From NCBI GenBank assembly GCA_965644315.1, contig CBFFRQ010000068.1, positions 186,001 through 250,000 of the forward strand: a stretch of DNA of 64,000 bases. The letters are read 5' to 3'. The translations under genes and the position numbers were made by a program. This document shows, piece after piece, positions 10,460 through 22,286 of the stretch. The notes beneath the pieces were generated by a model. That model was not told where the DNA came from and ran no database searches. It worked only from the letters and a program-made list of their open reading frames with translations. Numbering within the stretch: the first letter of the stretch is position 1; each line of letters begins with the position of its first letter. This DNA is from Caecitellus pseudoparvulus. Lineage: Eukaryota > Protista > Bigyra: Bicosoecida.

Positions 10460-11992
10460 TCAGGCTTGCTTCGAGACAGGTGCACTTGCTAAGAACTCTC
10501 CAGAAGGGCACTTTGACATTGCACTGCCATGCAGTAAGCCTGCTAAGGATGATTTCATCGCTGCTGCCGACTGCCAACCAAGCCCTCGTGCGCATTCTCG
10601 AATGTCGGCATCTTGCCACAGCTCGTCAACAGTCCTGGCAGTGTTCAGGGGCCATGAAGTGGACGAGTCGCGCAGATGGGTTCCTTCAATACCGCGCTGA
10701 ATCGCCGCCGCGTCGAAGTCTGCCCAAGGGCCGCTCCACAGCAGCCTGTACCAGCGGGAACACGCCGTCCGCAAAGACGGCACGCCCTTGCGCAGGGGCG
10801 GGACGTAATGGTATCGGTCAGAGTTCATCTTTTCGTTGGTCGTCATTCCCCAGGCAGCGTTGCCCAGCTGCTCGACCAGCAAGGCCCCTGTGAAGGCAAG
10901 GAAGATGCATAGCACAACTGCGATGCCACATGTCAGCCAAGCCAACCCGGACGTGCGAGCACTCCAGGCAGCTGCTAGCGACCACTCCGGGAAGGTAAGC
11001 AAAAACTGGAGCAAGCACAGCGAGGCACAGGCAAGGTGGAAGAACTCAGCGAAAACGAAGGCCAGGAATGCGCGGTGATTGCCAGCCGCGACGGGCCCGC
11101 CAGTCCACACACAGAAGTGATCCAGCCGCGCAACACACGATCCCTTCATGTGCTTGCTTCGGAGCGGCCGCACGGTTTCGCATGTCGAGCACACCTTTCG
11201 CCCATGCTCGTCGACTGTGCCATACTGCACAACCTGTGCGAGCCACAGCAGCCGTTCCCCAGGCCCTGCGGCAGCGCTTGCCAGGCTCGGGAGCCTTCCA
11301 GGCGGCGTATACAGCAGACGAATGTATAGAGCAAATGCGAGAGTTAGTGTGGCATACATAACACTCAGCTCCATCCATGCGTGGGGAACTGCGGTACTCA
11401 GGACGGAAAGCTGCGCGTTTCGAGCGCGTTTCAGGCGCACACGGTACCGCTCGCACTCACTGTGCTCCACGATGCAAAACCAGCCGCAAGCATGCAGTCC
11501 CCCCATAAGGACAAAGAAACTTGTCATATAAGCCCAAGCCCACTTCTGGGACCCTTGGGCCCGCAGTCTCCGCCGCTGATGCCTCGCAAGCGAGCAAGCC
11601 TTGGCTTTGTGGCCTTGGAGTGAGTCGCATGGTTCTGGACCGCTTCTTGGCACAACAGGAGCGCATGGCTGATCAGGAATGCCTGCATAGCTGCTGCTTG
11701 GGTGCGCAGCTTGCTTGGTCGCGCCTCGGTGCCGTAATGAACTGGCTGTCATCTCTGCCGGCGTCCCGGCGTGTCGTCGTGAAACGACGTGGCGGCTGCC
11801 AGCCGCGAGGAGCTGCTCGTCCGTGATGGTTGTCGAAGGCTGCAGCCTGCGCACCACATGCTGACTGTGGCCAGATGAACTGCCCTGCTCCACCGACACT
11901 GAGAGATGAAAGGTGTTATCAACAGAGTAAGAGCCTCCGGAGGCGGTACCGTCAAGCCACACGAAGCCCTCCGAGCTTGCCGCTGCCTCCAT
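10460..11992 (-). CDS. DHHC-family S-acyltransferase (palmitoyltransferase), DHFC variant
   Basis: 510-aa ORF with two TM helices, then CSTCETVRPLRSKHMKGSCVARLDHFCVWTGGPVAAGNHRAF, then two TM helices and the TTNE (TTxE) motif. Confidence 0.88.
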   Translation of the reverse strand: MEAAASSEGFVWLDGTASGGSYSVDNTFHLSVSVEQGSSSGHSQHVVRRLQPSTTITDEQLLAAGSRHVVSRRHAGTPAEMTASSLRHRGATKQAAHPSSSYAGIPDQPCAPVVPRSGPEPCDSLQGHKAKACSLARHQRRRLRAQGSQKWAWAYMTSFFVLMGGLHACGWFCIVEHSECERYRVRLKRARNAQLSVLSTAVPHAWMELSVMYATLTLAFALYIRLLYTPPGRLPSLASAAAGPGERLLWLAQVVQYGTVDEHGRKVCSTCETVRPLRSKHMKGSCVARLDHFCVWTGGPVAAGNHRAFLAFVFAEFFHLACASLCLLQFLLTFPEWSLAAAWSARTSGLAWLTCGIAVVLCIFLAFTGALLVEQLGNAAWGMTTNEKMNSDRYHYVPPLRKGVPSLRTACSRWYRLLWSGPWADFDAAAIQRGIEGTHLRDSSTSWPLNTARTVDELWQDADIRECARGLGWQSAAAMKSSLAGLLHGSAMSKCPSGEFLASAPVSKQA

Positions 11993-12115
11993 GCTCCAAA
12001 ACCAAAGCTGTGCTTGCCGGTGAGATGGGTCGATGGAAGGAGACAGGCTGTGTCAATGAGTGGTGGATGGGCCCATTATCGCGGTGCATTGAAGTTTGTT
12101 GCCCGTAGCAAGGTC

Positions 12116-15100
12116 TCAAGAGCTAGCACCCATCGCAGCCGCAAGCTGCTCTTCTAGCTTCTGCAGTCTGATGACCTTGCCCAGGGCTTGAATGCCCATG
12201 GTGACGGTACCAGCATCCATGCCTGCGAGAGAGTCCAGGCCGCCTTCCCCCTCTGCCGCGGACAGCACAGCGTGCAGCTTATGAAAGACGGCTTCTCCTA
12301 CCTCAGCAATGCATGCCGCCCGCAGCTCAGCAACCGTTTCTTGCAACCTCAGGACTTCTGGTGGCACGCCAGTCGTTGCCAATTGTTTCGCAGAAGACGA
12401 AGTACCTCGCTGCAGTGGGCTGATGTCTGCCGGTGGCGCCCATGGGGCTCCGGCAGATGTTCCCAGCGCATCACGGGCGGGCGGCGCAGCGGCTGTGAGC
12501 AAGGGACTGACCTCTGCAGCTGAACTGGCAAGTGATTTGTGAGTCAAACTCCCCCGCAAACTGCTCGGTTCCGATGCCTCTCCGCTTGTGTTTGCGTGTG
12601 CACTGGTTGTGGAGGGCGGGATGGCCGAGGACCAAGGGGTGCCGGCCGAGGAGCCGACGGAGCGAGGGTCGCGCCCCTCGGAGCCACCGGCGACAGTGCG
12701 GGATGTTGGTTTAGACTCAAGGGAGGCCTGTGTGTTTGCTGAAAATGCAACCCCCTTGGTTGTTGGGGTGCAGTCCAAGCTGGCACGCCGGAAGTTGCCG
12801 CCCACCCCGGCCTTGCTCGTGTACTGTGTAGATGCTGGTGTCGTGGACGCTGCTTGCGTTGTGGACGTCGCCGAGGTCCTCCTTGACGTTGTGGGAGCAA
12901 AGGCGGCTATCTCCCCTGTCGACGAGAGGAAAGGAGAGGGTGCGTCCTCAGGTGTGACGCTCTGCTTCAAAGCCTGGGGCAGAGACCCAACGGGAGCGCG
13001 GGCTTGGGCGACAGGGGCAGGCGACTGCAGTGGCTGCACGTCCAGCCGAGTTGGGGGAGCCGCACGAGCCCCAGAGCTCGCCGAAAACCTGCCACTGCTG
13101 CCAACACTACCTGTACCTGAGCCAGTGGACATGCCAAGCTGGTCAGTTGGAACACTTGAGCCGCCTGCTTTCAACGCAGAGGCCTCTTTGCTGGAACTTT
13201 GTGGTTTGCTACCACGCCCCGGGTGGCCAGCTGAGAGTTGCTGGTCACTCCGAAGGCCGCCTCCATCAACTTCCGAGATCGGCCCAGGAACTTGGGCAGA
13301 AAGGGACGAGGAACGACGGATACTGCTGGAGGCGGAGGCGCCTCCACCACCACTCCCGATTGACAGCCTGCGGGCTGAGCCGCCGAACCCTGCACGGCCA
13401 GACATGCGCTCAAATATGTTCACAAGTTGGTGCACTGGCTTCGCTCCTTCCTGGACGACACTAGACGCCTGGTCGGCACTGGCGCGCCGTCCAGCTGCTG
13501 CAGTGCGAGGAGCTGTCGGCGGCCTGGACGCTGTCTGCCATGAAGCAACGTGAGGGGCGCTTGCTCGACGAGAGCCTTGGGGGGGAGTCCACTGTCCACC
13601 AGCAAGCGGCAGCGCAAGCATGGGCGCTGCCGCTTCGTCCTGGGTCGCCGTCGAGGCAGATGAGTCTGACCTCACGCTGAGAGCGGGACCTGCGAGGCGG
13701 CCCGAGCCGCCAAGAGCGGCTGCTGCCCTCGCAGAGGGCGCTTGCCACGAAGCCGACAGCTCCGCATCAGACTTTATACTCACGTCATCTCCCTGCACAT
13801 CGGCAGTGGAGCCCATGGCTGCCAAGTCCACGGCACGGAACCTAGCTGCTTGAGCCTTGCGGAGGTCGGATACCTTTCCGTGGCCATTCAAGCTGGCATC
13901 CTGGGCAGCAGCGTGGTGGGGATATTCCGCGGAACGAACCCTGCGCAGGGGCAATGAAGCGTCCATCTCTGTTCCTGGGGCGTGCTTGCCTGCTTCACTT
14001 GACCCTGCTTGGAGTTCTCCTGGTCGTGTGACGACGCTAACCCGCGGAAGGCGTGCAGTGCTCGCTGGGGGCATGGGGGGGACAGCTACAGATTTGGGAG
14101 CGACAAATTCACCCGGAAACTCCTCTTCCTCTGAGGGCGGTGGCCTTGGTGCCCGTGTCACACTCTCTGCTGAGGCAGCACACTTCACCGGGCTGACATG
14201 CCGAGATGGCTGGGGGGGCACCTTCGTCCCTGTGGCGGGTCGATCAGAACTCTGGTTCTTCGAGCCGAGAGAGCGGTCGCTGCTGGTCCCCACGAATGAA
14301 CCCGAAACTTCCTGGCTGCCAGCGGCCAGTGGAGCGTGAAGGTCCGCCTCGAACACAGGAACGGAGCTGCGGTGAGGAGGGCCATCCACGGCAGCATCCA
14401 CCGCAGCTTGAACTTCAGACTGGATCTGAAGCAGGGGGTCCATCGGAGTCTGAGAAAGCATGCTCTGCGCCGTGCCTTGAGCAGCTTCGTACTCTGCTGC
14501 GGCCTCCGCAGCATCATCTTCATGCACGTACATCTCTTGAAGCATCTGCTCCCCATCCTCATCCAGAATAGGGTCACCGTTGCTGTCAAATGCGAGCTCA
14601 TAGTACACCTCTCTACCTTGCGTATCGTACATGCGGAGACCCTCCTCGTCCACAGCATCCGGGTCCCAACCATCGTCCTGACCGTCCCAACCGGCCCCGG
14701 ATGTGGCGTGTTCGTCATCCATGCCCTGCAGTCGGTCTGCGGGGGAGCTGCGCTCCTGAGTGCCTTTTGCTGTTGTCCATGACTGGTGTGTTCGCTCTGC
14801 TGCTTGTGGGGACCGATCATAATCGCTTGTGGACACGCCGTCGTCAGACAAGATGTGGTCGGCCAAGGCTTTTGGAGACGGAGCCTGGTCGTGCCGGGAA
14901 GCACTGGAGTCGGTTGAGAAGGTTGTTGGGGATGTGCTGGGCGTCAGGGCAGCCACAGACGCAGATCGAGCAGAACGGGTCGTGGGCGTTGGCATACCTG
15001 GGGAAAGCACTCCTGCAGAGCCAACTGAGCTGGACCGAGAACCCAAGCGGCCGTGTGTGCCATAAGGTCTGGCGCCATTGTCGCGCCGAGGAGAAACCAA

Positions 15101-17176
15101 TGAGTTCTTTCTCCAGGACAGCAAAGCTGGCTCTTCTGACATGCTGTCTTGCAATTGAGCACTGGGCCCGTCCAGGGTGCCGCCATCAGCGACCTGAGGC
15201 CGGGACGGGGACACCCCGGCGAGAGCCTCAGCCTCCTCCTCTCCGCCGCTGAGCCTGCCATGCAAATCCAGGGGCCGCGGCGCTGACGCGCGGCGGGAAT
15301 CCAAGCTTCCCCTTCGTGCCTCTTGGCTCAGCGACTGGCGCTGGCGCGGGGGGTGGGCATCCTGTCGTCCCAGCTGGGGAGGAGGTCCGGAAGGGGGCGG
15401 AGGCAGCGGCATATTAGTCGATGGATGACGCCGGCTATCCGCCTGTTTGGGAGTACTTGGTCCTTGTAGTTCAAAGGCTTGCCCTTGGCCCCCGTGGGGA
15501 CTCGGGGAGGGCACACCTGAGATGGATGCGGTGTTGTATATGGCGCTGAAGGAGCCCCTGACAGGCATCGCGGCCCCTCCCCCTCCTTGCCGCAGGCCAC
15601 GCCGAAAAGGAGAGGAACTGACGGACGAGTGCCCAGCACTTGAGTCACCGTGGTCGCAACTGTCTGACTCAGACGTGTGTGTGCGGGCAGCGGCACTGTG
15701 AGCACTGCCAGCAGTGTGCTGCTGCGTTGATGTCGAGGCTGCGGTCCCGGTCTGAGCGGATTTGGGAGTTGGGTACAGCTCTCTTCCGTCGTCCGTTGAC
15801 ACAGAACTTCGACGAGATGTGCCTGCCGGCTCAGCAGGTGCAAAGGCTGCTCCTGACGGCGTGGGCCAGGCTCGCGTGGCCCCTGCAGGTTTTCGGGGGG
15901 GTCCCCGGCCCCGTGAAGTTGGAGTTGGCCCCGGCTGTGTGTGCTCCAGCGCCGCTTTGTGGGCGTGTGGTGGGACGTGCACGCCAGGCTGCGTTGCAGT
16001 GGAAGCTTGGGCATCGGTGCCCTCAGCACGAGCGGCGGCGACAGCCGAGCTCATCAGGCGTTTTCCTTGCGCACCACGCATGATCGTCTCACTGACAAGT
16101 CCCACTGCTGCCCGTGCTGAGGACGCTTGAGCGCCTGATTCACTCTGGAACCATTTGATCAAGCGACTGACCCAGGACGTGTGGATGATGTCCTCAACGG
16201 AGGGCCGGTTCTCGGGGTCACTTTGCAGCATCCAGTCCACCATGCCGCGAAAATTCGCACTGTACCGTGTCTCATCGATGGGTGGATATGTCCCACGGAG
16301 AATCTTGAGGACCAAGGCGCCCAAGGACGCCGAACCGAAGGCGTGGCGCAGGGTAGCCATCTCATACAGCACACACCCCAGAGCCCAGACATCGCTTTTA
16401 TGATTGTATGGCTTCGACTCACACAGCTCAGGAGACATGTAAAAGGGGGTCCCAATCACGGTGCTTGCCATGCTCTTCATGGTGCCAGTGTCAGACAAGA
16501 CCTTGGCGATGCCGAAGTCCCCCAACTTCACCACCTGCTGGTTCCGAGTGAGGAAAATATTCTGGGTCTTCAAGTCGCGGTGCAGGACCCGGGCGGTCTT
16601 GTGCAAATAGGACATGGCCAGGCACATCTGTACAAACCACCACATGATTTGTTTCTCGGAGAAGTACTCCCCTGACTCTCTCTTTGCCTTGATCAGCTGC
16701 GACAGGTCACCGCCGTCGGCGTACTCCAGAACGATGTGCAGCGCGTCATCCTCAATGAAGCTTGCAAAGTATCCAATGATGTTGTCGTGGCGCAGGCGCT
16801 TCAGCAACTGCGCAAGGAGCAGAGAGGGCAGGTGTGGCAGCTGCCAGTGCTGGCGGCAAAGCACACCAGCGCCAGTTGCCAGCCTCGTGCACAGAGCTGA
16901 GAACGTAGCCGCCGCCGAGCGCTTCAGGGGGGCGCAAGGCGGCCTACAGCGCGTTCATATCTCTTGAATCCAGTGGTGGTGGGCTGCCTTCCTGCGCAGC
17001 AGCTGCTGGCTCACCTGAGCTTCTTTCAAAGCGTCTGCTCTGTCGCCAGAGCTCATGCTGTGCAGCTTGATACGCTTGATGACGAATCGCCGCGCTGGGC
17101 GCGCCCTTGTCTGCACTAAGATTGCCTCCCCGAAGCTTCCATGGCCTAGAACCTTGACTTTCTCGAAGGCTTGCAT
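12116..17176 (-). CDS. NIMA-related (NEK) Ser/Thr protein kinase with long disordered tail (~1617 aa)
   Basis: Exon 1 is 17176-17015 (LGHGSFGEA, VIKRI, KEAQ), the intron 17014-16808 (GTGAGC...GCGCAG) and exon 2 16807-12116. Motifs: HRDLKTQNIFL, KLGDFGIAKVL, IGTPFYMSPE, YNHKSDVWALGCVLYEM. The C-terminal module ELRAACIAEVGEAVFHKLHAVL is NEK1-like. Confidence 0.95.
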
Positions 17177-17187
17177 GCTTGGCCGTG

Positions 17188-17208
17188 GGTGCGGTGCGGT
17201 GCGGTGCC
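17188..17208 (+). repeat. (GGTGC)4 pentanucleotide microsatellite immediately upstream of the NEK start codon
   Basis: ggtgcggtgcggtgcggtgcc lies in the divergent NEK/TMEM184 intergenic region. Confidence 0.7.
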
Positions 17209-17624
17209 GTGGCGGCGGTGGTGGAGTGAAACGCCAGGGGCACTGGCGTTTCACACACACTTCAAGCGAGCCGCAAGCCCCCGGCAGCTCGTGCGCCACA
17301 CGTAAATACACAGATAGCAGCCCACCCTCGAGGCCCAGCTGTTCTTTTTCAGCAGGACTCATCCAAATACCTGTTTTTGATTATTTGGTGCACTGTTTCG
17401 AGGGCTCAACCCAGCACGCCTGGCACCGGGTGGAGCTTGGCGTGTGCCATACACGAGAGCAGCCGATCCCGGGGAGCCAAAAACCAAAACCCCGACGCTT
17501 GCTCCCTATGGATCTGCATCGCGTGCACCCCACTTGCCCTGGGACGCCTCATCCCTCACTTTTCAGCCCGAAGGGCTCCGCGCCCAGACAACCTTTCGGG
17601 GAAAGCCTCCTCCCTGGGGCAGGT

Positions 17625-19294
17625 ATGCCTGAGCAGCCTGCCCAGCTCAAAGAAGCTCCGCCAGAGGCTGGGATCGAGATGGCCGAACTGGGAACATCAC
17701 ACTCCAGTGGCGGTGGGCAGCCTCTGCTTGACAGCGGCGGTGAGGCGCAGGTGCCTGGTGCCTCTCGTGGGGCACAGCGACGCTGCTGCAGTACTTTGGT
17801 GCTGTCACGGAGCGTCCTAGTCGGGACATTGGTGCTTGTCTTGGCTGCCAGTGGCATCGCAATTTGGCAGCTCGTAGATCGGCATGCAGAGAACCATATC
17901 GTGGCTTGGTTCGTTGGAGGAATCTTCACAGCTTTGTCAGTGGTGTGTGCACCGCAAGCCCGCAGCGCAATGTCAGCCATTCGCGGAATTTGCCTTGCCC
18001 CTCCTCCCGCGCCAGCCGATCACGCTGTACGACATCACTCAGCACTGGATGCATTGGTACAGTGAGCGCCAAAGGTACTATGTGCGGATCCTTGGCATGG
18101 TGATCATTTACGCTGTGGAAAGCTGGACTGCTCTCCGCTTCAAGGTGGGTCATGTCTGGCGCTCCGCAATGCGCGCAGGGGGTTCACACCCAGCGATTGT
18201 TGACTTGTTATGCGCAGGAAGCGAGCTTGTACCTTGAGACTGCCCGCGATGCCTATGAAGCCTATGTCATCTACTGCTTCTACCAGTTGCTTCTGCTGTC
18301 CATCGGAGGGGAGCAGGATGTCATCCGGGCACTCAAGGCAGCTGGCAAAGCCCACAGCACCACGAAGAAGGCTCAGACTGCCAGCTCAGGCTCTGGTTTC
18401 CAGGCTTTGCAGCCCTCACCTTCACCCAAAGCTGTCTCTGATGAGGAAGCAGGTCCAAGCAGCCCCGATGCTGTCGAGGAGCATTTTGCAAGTCATGTCC
18501 CGCCCTTCTGCTGCCTCCCGAAGTGGAGACTGGGCTCCGACTTCCTGCACTGGACCAGCTTGGGAGTGTTCCAGTACGTTGTCCTCAAGTTGGTCGCAAC
18601 CGTCGTGTCTTTCGTCACGACAGCCACTGGAGACTACGGAAACGGGGAGTTTCATGCATTTGACAAGGCCTTCATCTACGTCTCGTTCACGGTGAATGCC
18701 AGCCAGATCTGGGCGATGTACTGCCTGGTTTTGTTCTATCATGAGCTCTTGCCTGCTTTGAAGCCCTTGGGGATCCTTCCCGTCGGGAAATTGCTGGTTA
18801 TCAAGGGTGTCGTGTTCTTGACTTGGTGGCGGGGAATCGTGCTGTCTGGGCTAGTCTTCGTAGGGTACATCAAGCCCACTCTCACATACACTGCCGATGA
18901 AGTTGCCGACGGCTTGCAGAACTTCCTCATCACCATTGAAATGCTTCTCTTTGCCGTGGCACACCACTTCGTATTCCACTGGACCGACTGCGCCCCACCA
19001 GGCAGCCCAGCCGCTGGAGGTGGGGGCGCCAGGCAGAGGTCTCTGCTGACATCTGTCGATGCAGCAGATGCCACGCCGACGCAGCAGTCCTTCCTCCAGG
19101 CTGCAGCATCCAGCATCTTGCCGACAGACATGGTTCATCACGGCAAACGCGTGCTGAGCCGCAAACGGGCAAACACTTTGGAAGACGGAGAGGAGGAGGA
19201 TTCTCAAGCGCGTCCTGGGGCCCTTCAGACTGGGCGGGCCACTCACTTGGCTGACAGTCGTAGCGCAAGGGTGGCTGCCGCTCGGCAGTCCTGA
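17625..19294 (+). CDS. TMEM184: TMEM184 / organic solute transporter alpha family membrane protein (~507 aa)
   Basis: Exons 17625-17942, 18016-18144 and 18218-19294, with two 73-nt GT-AG introns. Motifs: AWFVGGIF, ITQHW...QRYYVRIL, RDAYEAYVIYCF, GVFQYVVLK, NASQIWAMYCLVLFY, KLLVIKGVVFLTWW, GLQNFLITIEM. Confidence 0.92.
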
Positions 19295-19563
19295 GCTACT
19301 GCAGGCATTGCCGGGTCCAGGCAGCTTCAATGAACCGTGCTCCCATAGCCCCAAAGAGCAGCAGGCACCCCGACACCGTCTCGCAACTCCCATAATCACA
19401 CATCCCTTCACTGTTTGAGTGTGGAGTGCAACTCCACAGTTTCCTTACACGCCCATGCAGTCGTGTCATCCGTTTCCCATCGTGCAGCGACAGTCTGGGC
19501 AACGCCTTTGGGCAAGGTTCCGAGCTCACCCCTCCTTGATTGCAGCCATTGAAGCCAGAGTAA

Positions 19564-21977
19564 ATGAATTGCTGTAGGAGGGACCAGCCAGGCGTTTTCA
19601 GTTATCGCGGAGCCGAAGGTAAGGCCGGAGATCTGCATGCGATCCACAGCGCCCCGTTCAATTCCCGCTCACCACGCCAACGACCAGCCCTTCTGCTTCT
19701 CTCAAAAGCGGACGGCGCTCCTGCTGAGTACTCTGACTTGACTGTTACACACCTTGTGCTTCCTCCATTGCAGATGCTCTGGCCCACGTTGCCGAGTTCC
19801 TGCAGCCGCTTGAGGTGCTGGCTTTGAGCCAGACAAGCAAGGCCGCCCGCGAAGTCGCGTTGTCCAATCGCATTTGGAAGCGCATCATTGCCCAGCATGT
19901 GCTTGTGTTGGACTCTTCTGTCGTACGAGAAGTTCTGGCGCGCCCACTACCAGGGAACCACAGGCTTGCAAGTTCTGAGCTAAGCGGGAGCGCCCACCTC
20001 AGCTTGAGCGCTCGCTCGAGCAGCGCGCCGGGGGGCGGCAACAGCCCAGAGAGCCTTGACAGCACAACTACTGGAGCCGCAGCCCCACATTTTGACTCGC
20101 AGCATGCGGAGCAGTTGCCTGGGGACGACGAGGAGTGGCAGCCTTCGCCCCTGCCGACGCGGTACTTTTACAACAAGTACAACGAAGTCGCTGTGGCGAA
20201 CTTTAAAGTGAGACGGGCCGCAAAACAAGATGCCGAGGCTATGGGCCACATTCAACTTGCTCATGCTGTCTCTTGGCGGCTGGCCTGCTGCGTTGACTTT
20301 GTGCTGCACTTTCTAGGCCAGATCGGACCGGGAACTGGCTGCCTGCTGTCGGTCATTTTGCTCTGCTCGCGCATGGATAAGAGCTTTGGCAGCCTTGACG
20401 TTGACATGTATGGCACGTCAGTTGACCTGTCGTGGGCGGTGGCGCTGGCTCCGTTTATTTTGGGGAACATTCTGGCTGCACTCTCCTGGGTCTTGGCAGT
20501 TGGGATGAGGTATGGCTGCGCCAGTGACGAGACTTCCGTGGCAGCGGTCGTGCATTCTGCGCGCCGGAAAGGCCTCTGCAATGCCATGTGCTGCTGGAAC
20601 TTTGACAGCATCGGGTTCAATGCGTATGCGACAGTCGTGAACGAGATTGACGACGGAAACCTGCTGGGATCCTCTCGTTTCGCCACCCTGCGAAACCTGA
20701 GCTGGATCACAAGGCCGTGTGCTTCCTTCTTGATCCTCTGCATACCTGTGGGCTTGATAATGACGGCGGTGCTCATGGCAGTAAAGCTGGCCCAGGATGG
20801 CTTTGATTTCTACAGTGATGAAGCATCTCCACCAGCAAGCATCAGAGCTGATCCCAACTCGGGCATCTTGTGGTCAGTGGCCATAGTTCCTGTCTTGCTG
20901 CTGCTGGCATGCTGCTTACCCTGTGCAGTTTTGTGCAGTGGTGTTGATGAATCGAAAGAAGCCGCTGCAGCTGTTTGCGCTGCCTGCAGCTTGCCCCTTG
21001 CCCTGCCCCTTGCGCTTTGGTGTGCTTCCGCGGATGGATTGGAGGACATCGACGGGTACCTCGCGGCCATCCCGATGTTTATTCCACTTGGCATGGCCGT
21101 GTGCGGGGTGTTTATTGCCGCCGGTATCCACATTTCAGATGCTTGGAACTTAACTGAGGGCATCCTGGAGAGCTGTGGAGGAGGCTGTGCCGGGTTGATT
21201 GCCATCGGCTTCTTCACCATCCAGGTTGTCATGTGGGCAGACATCGGTACGCATGGAAAGCCAACCATCGCGGAATCGTACATGGAGTCCAACATTCCGC
21301 TCATTATCCTGCTCTCTGGTTGGGTCGGCTCGTCGTTCGCCCTTACCATGTCGACGTGGTCCCAACGAGCGCGCTCCGTCACCCCACCGTACACTGGAAT
21401 CGGGTGGACGAACGTACGCGAGGCAAAGAAGCGCTGCTATTGTGATGTGTACACGCACAAAGACACTCCTGCCAACAAGTTCCTTGTGAGTGTACGTGAG
21501 TGGCTACAGAAGCGCCAAGATGAGTCGCAGCAGTCCCCTGGACTGCTTCGATTAGACGAGTCAGCCTGCGCTGACCTCCTACATGCCGCTGAGCGGCAAG
21601 CTGCGGCCGCCAAGCTTGTCTCCCAAGGCAGAAATGCTGGTGGTATGCCAGAGCAGGCGCAGCATGACGTGGATGAGGACCATGACCACCCGCCTGTGAT
21701 GATGCGGAGGGGGCGGCGCCGACCAGGCAGGAGGCGTCGAGGCAATAACACGCAGTTCGCGGCTCGCGAACTTGTGCAGCAGCTGGATGATGGTGGCGGT
21801 CGGGCTGTGGCTGTGCAGCGCCGGGTAACTGCGACGCAGATTCAGGCTAGACAAGCACAAGCTGCCCGCCTGGATCGAGAGGATGTACTGGAGGATGTGC
21901 AAGCTGCAGTCCAGCGCCTGTCCGAGGAGATGCAGCAGATGAACCGAGTGCTCTCGGACTTGGAGCATGGGACGTAG
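19564..21977 (+). CDS. F-box domain + multipass (TMEM185-like) membrane protein (~752 aa)
   Basis: Exon 1 is 19564-19618, the intron 19619-19773 (GTAAGG...TTGCAG) and exon 2 19774-21977. The splice gives the F-box-like DALAHVAEFLQPLEVLALSQTSKAAREVALSNRIWKRI. About 8 hydrophobic helices follow, with repeated W-x-V-A-(L/I)-x-P motifs, then an Arg cluster and a coiled coil. Exon 1 is less certain than the rest. Confidence 0.75.
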
Positions 21978-22286
21978 GTGTGTGGATGCCCTTCCTTCCT
22001 GCTCCCATTGCACGAGTGTGGCGGGCCAGGGAGGTGGAGGGCTGGGACCTGGACATCAACGCCGCATCACTTTGCGAGCCCATGCACTTTGCTTCGAGCC
22101 GCAAATTGCAGCACAGCCACTTAGGTACCATAGGGAGCATGTCTGCTCAGAATAGTGCGAGGTGGTGGAGCTGGCACTGGCAAGCTTTTTGCTTTGTACC
22201 GCCACGCTCACTCGCAGGATCGCTGCCGCACCACAGCACAGCCAGCAAGCAGTTGTGCTTGATTCCGAACGGAGAAAACAAAAAGA

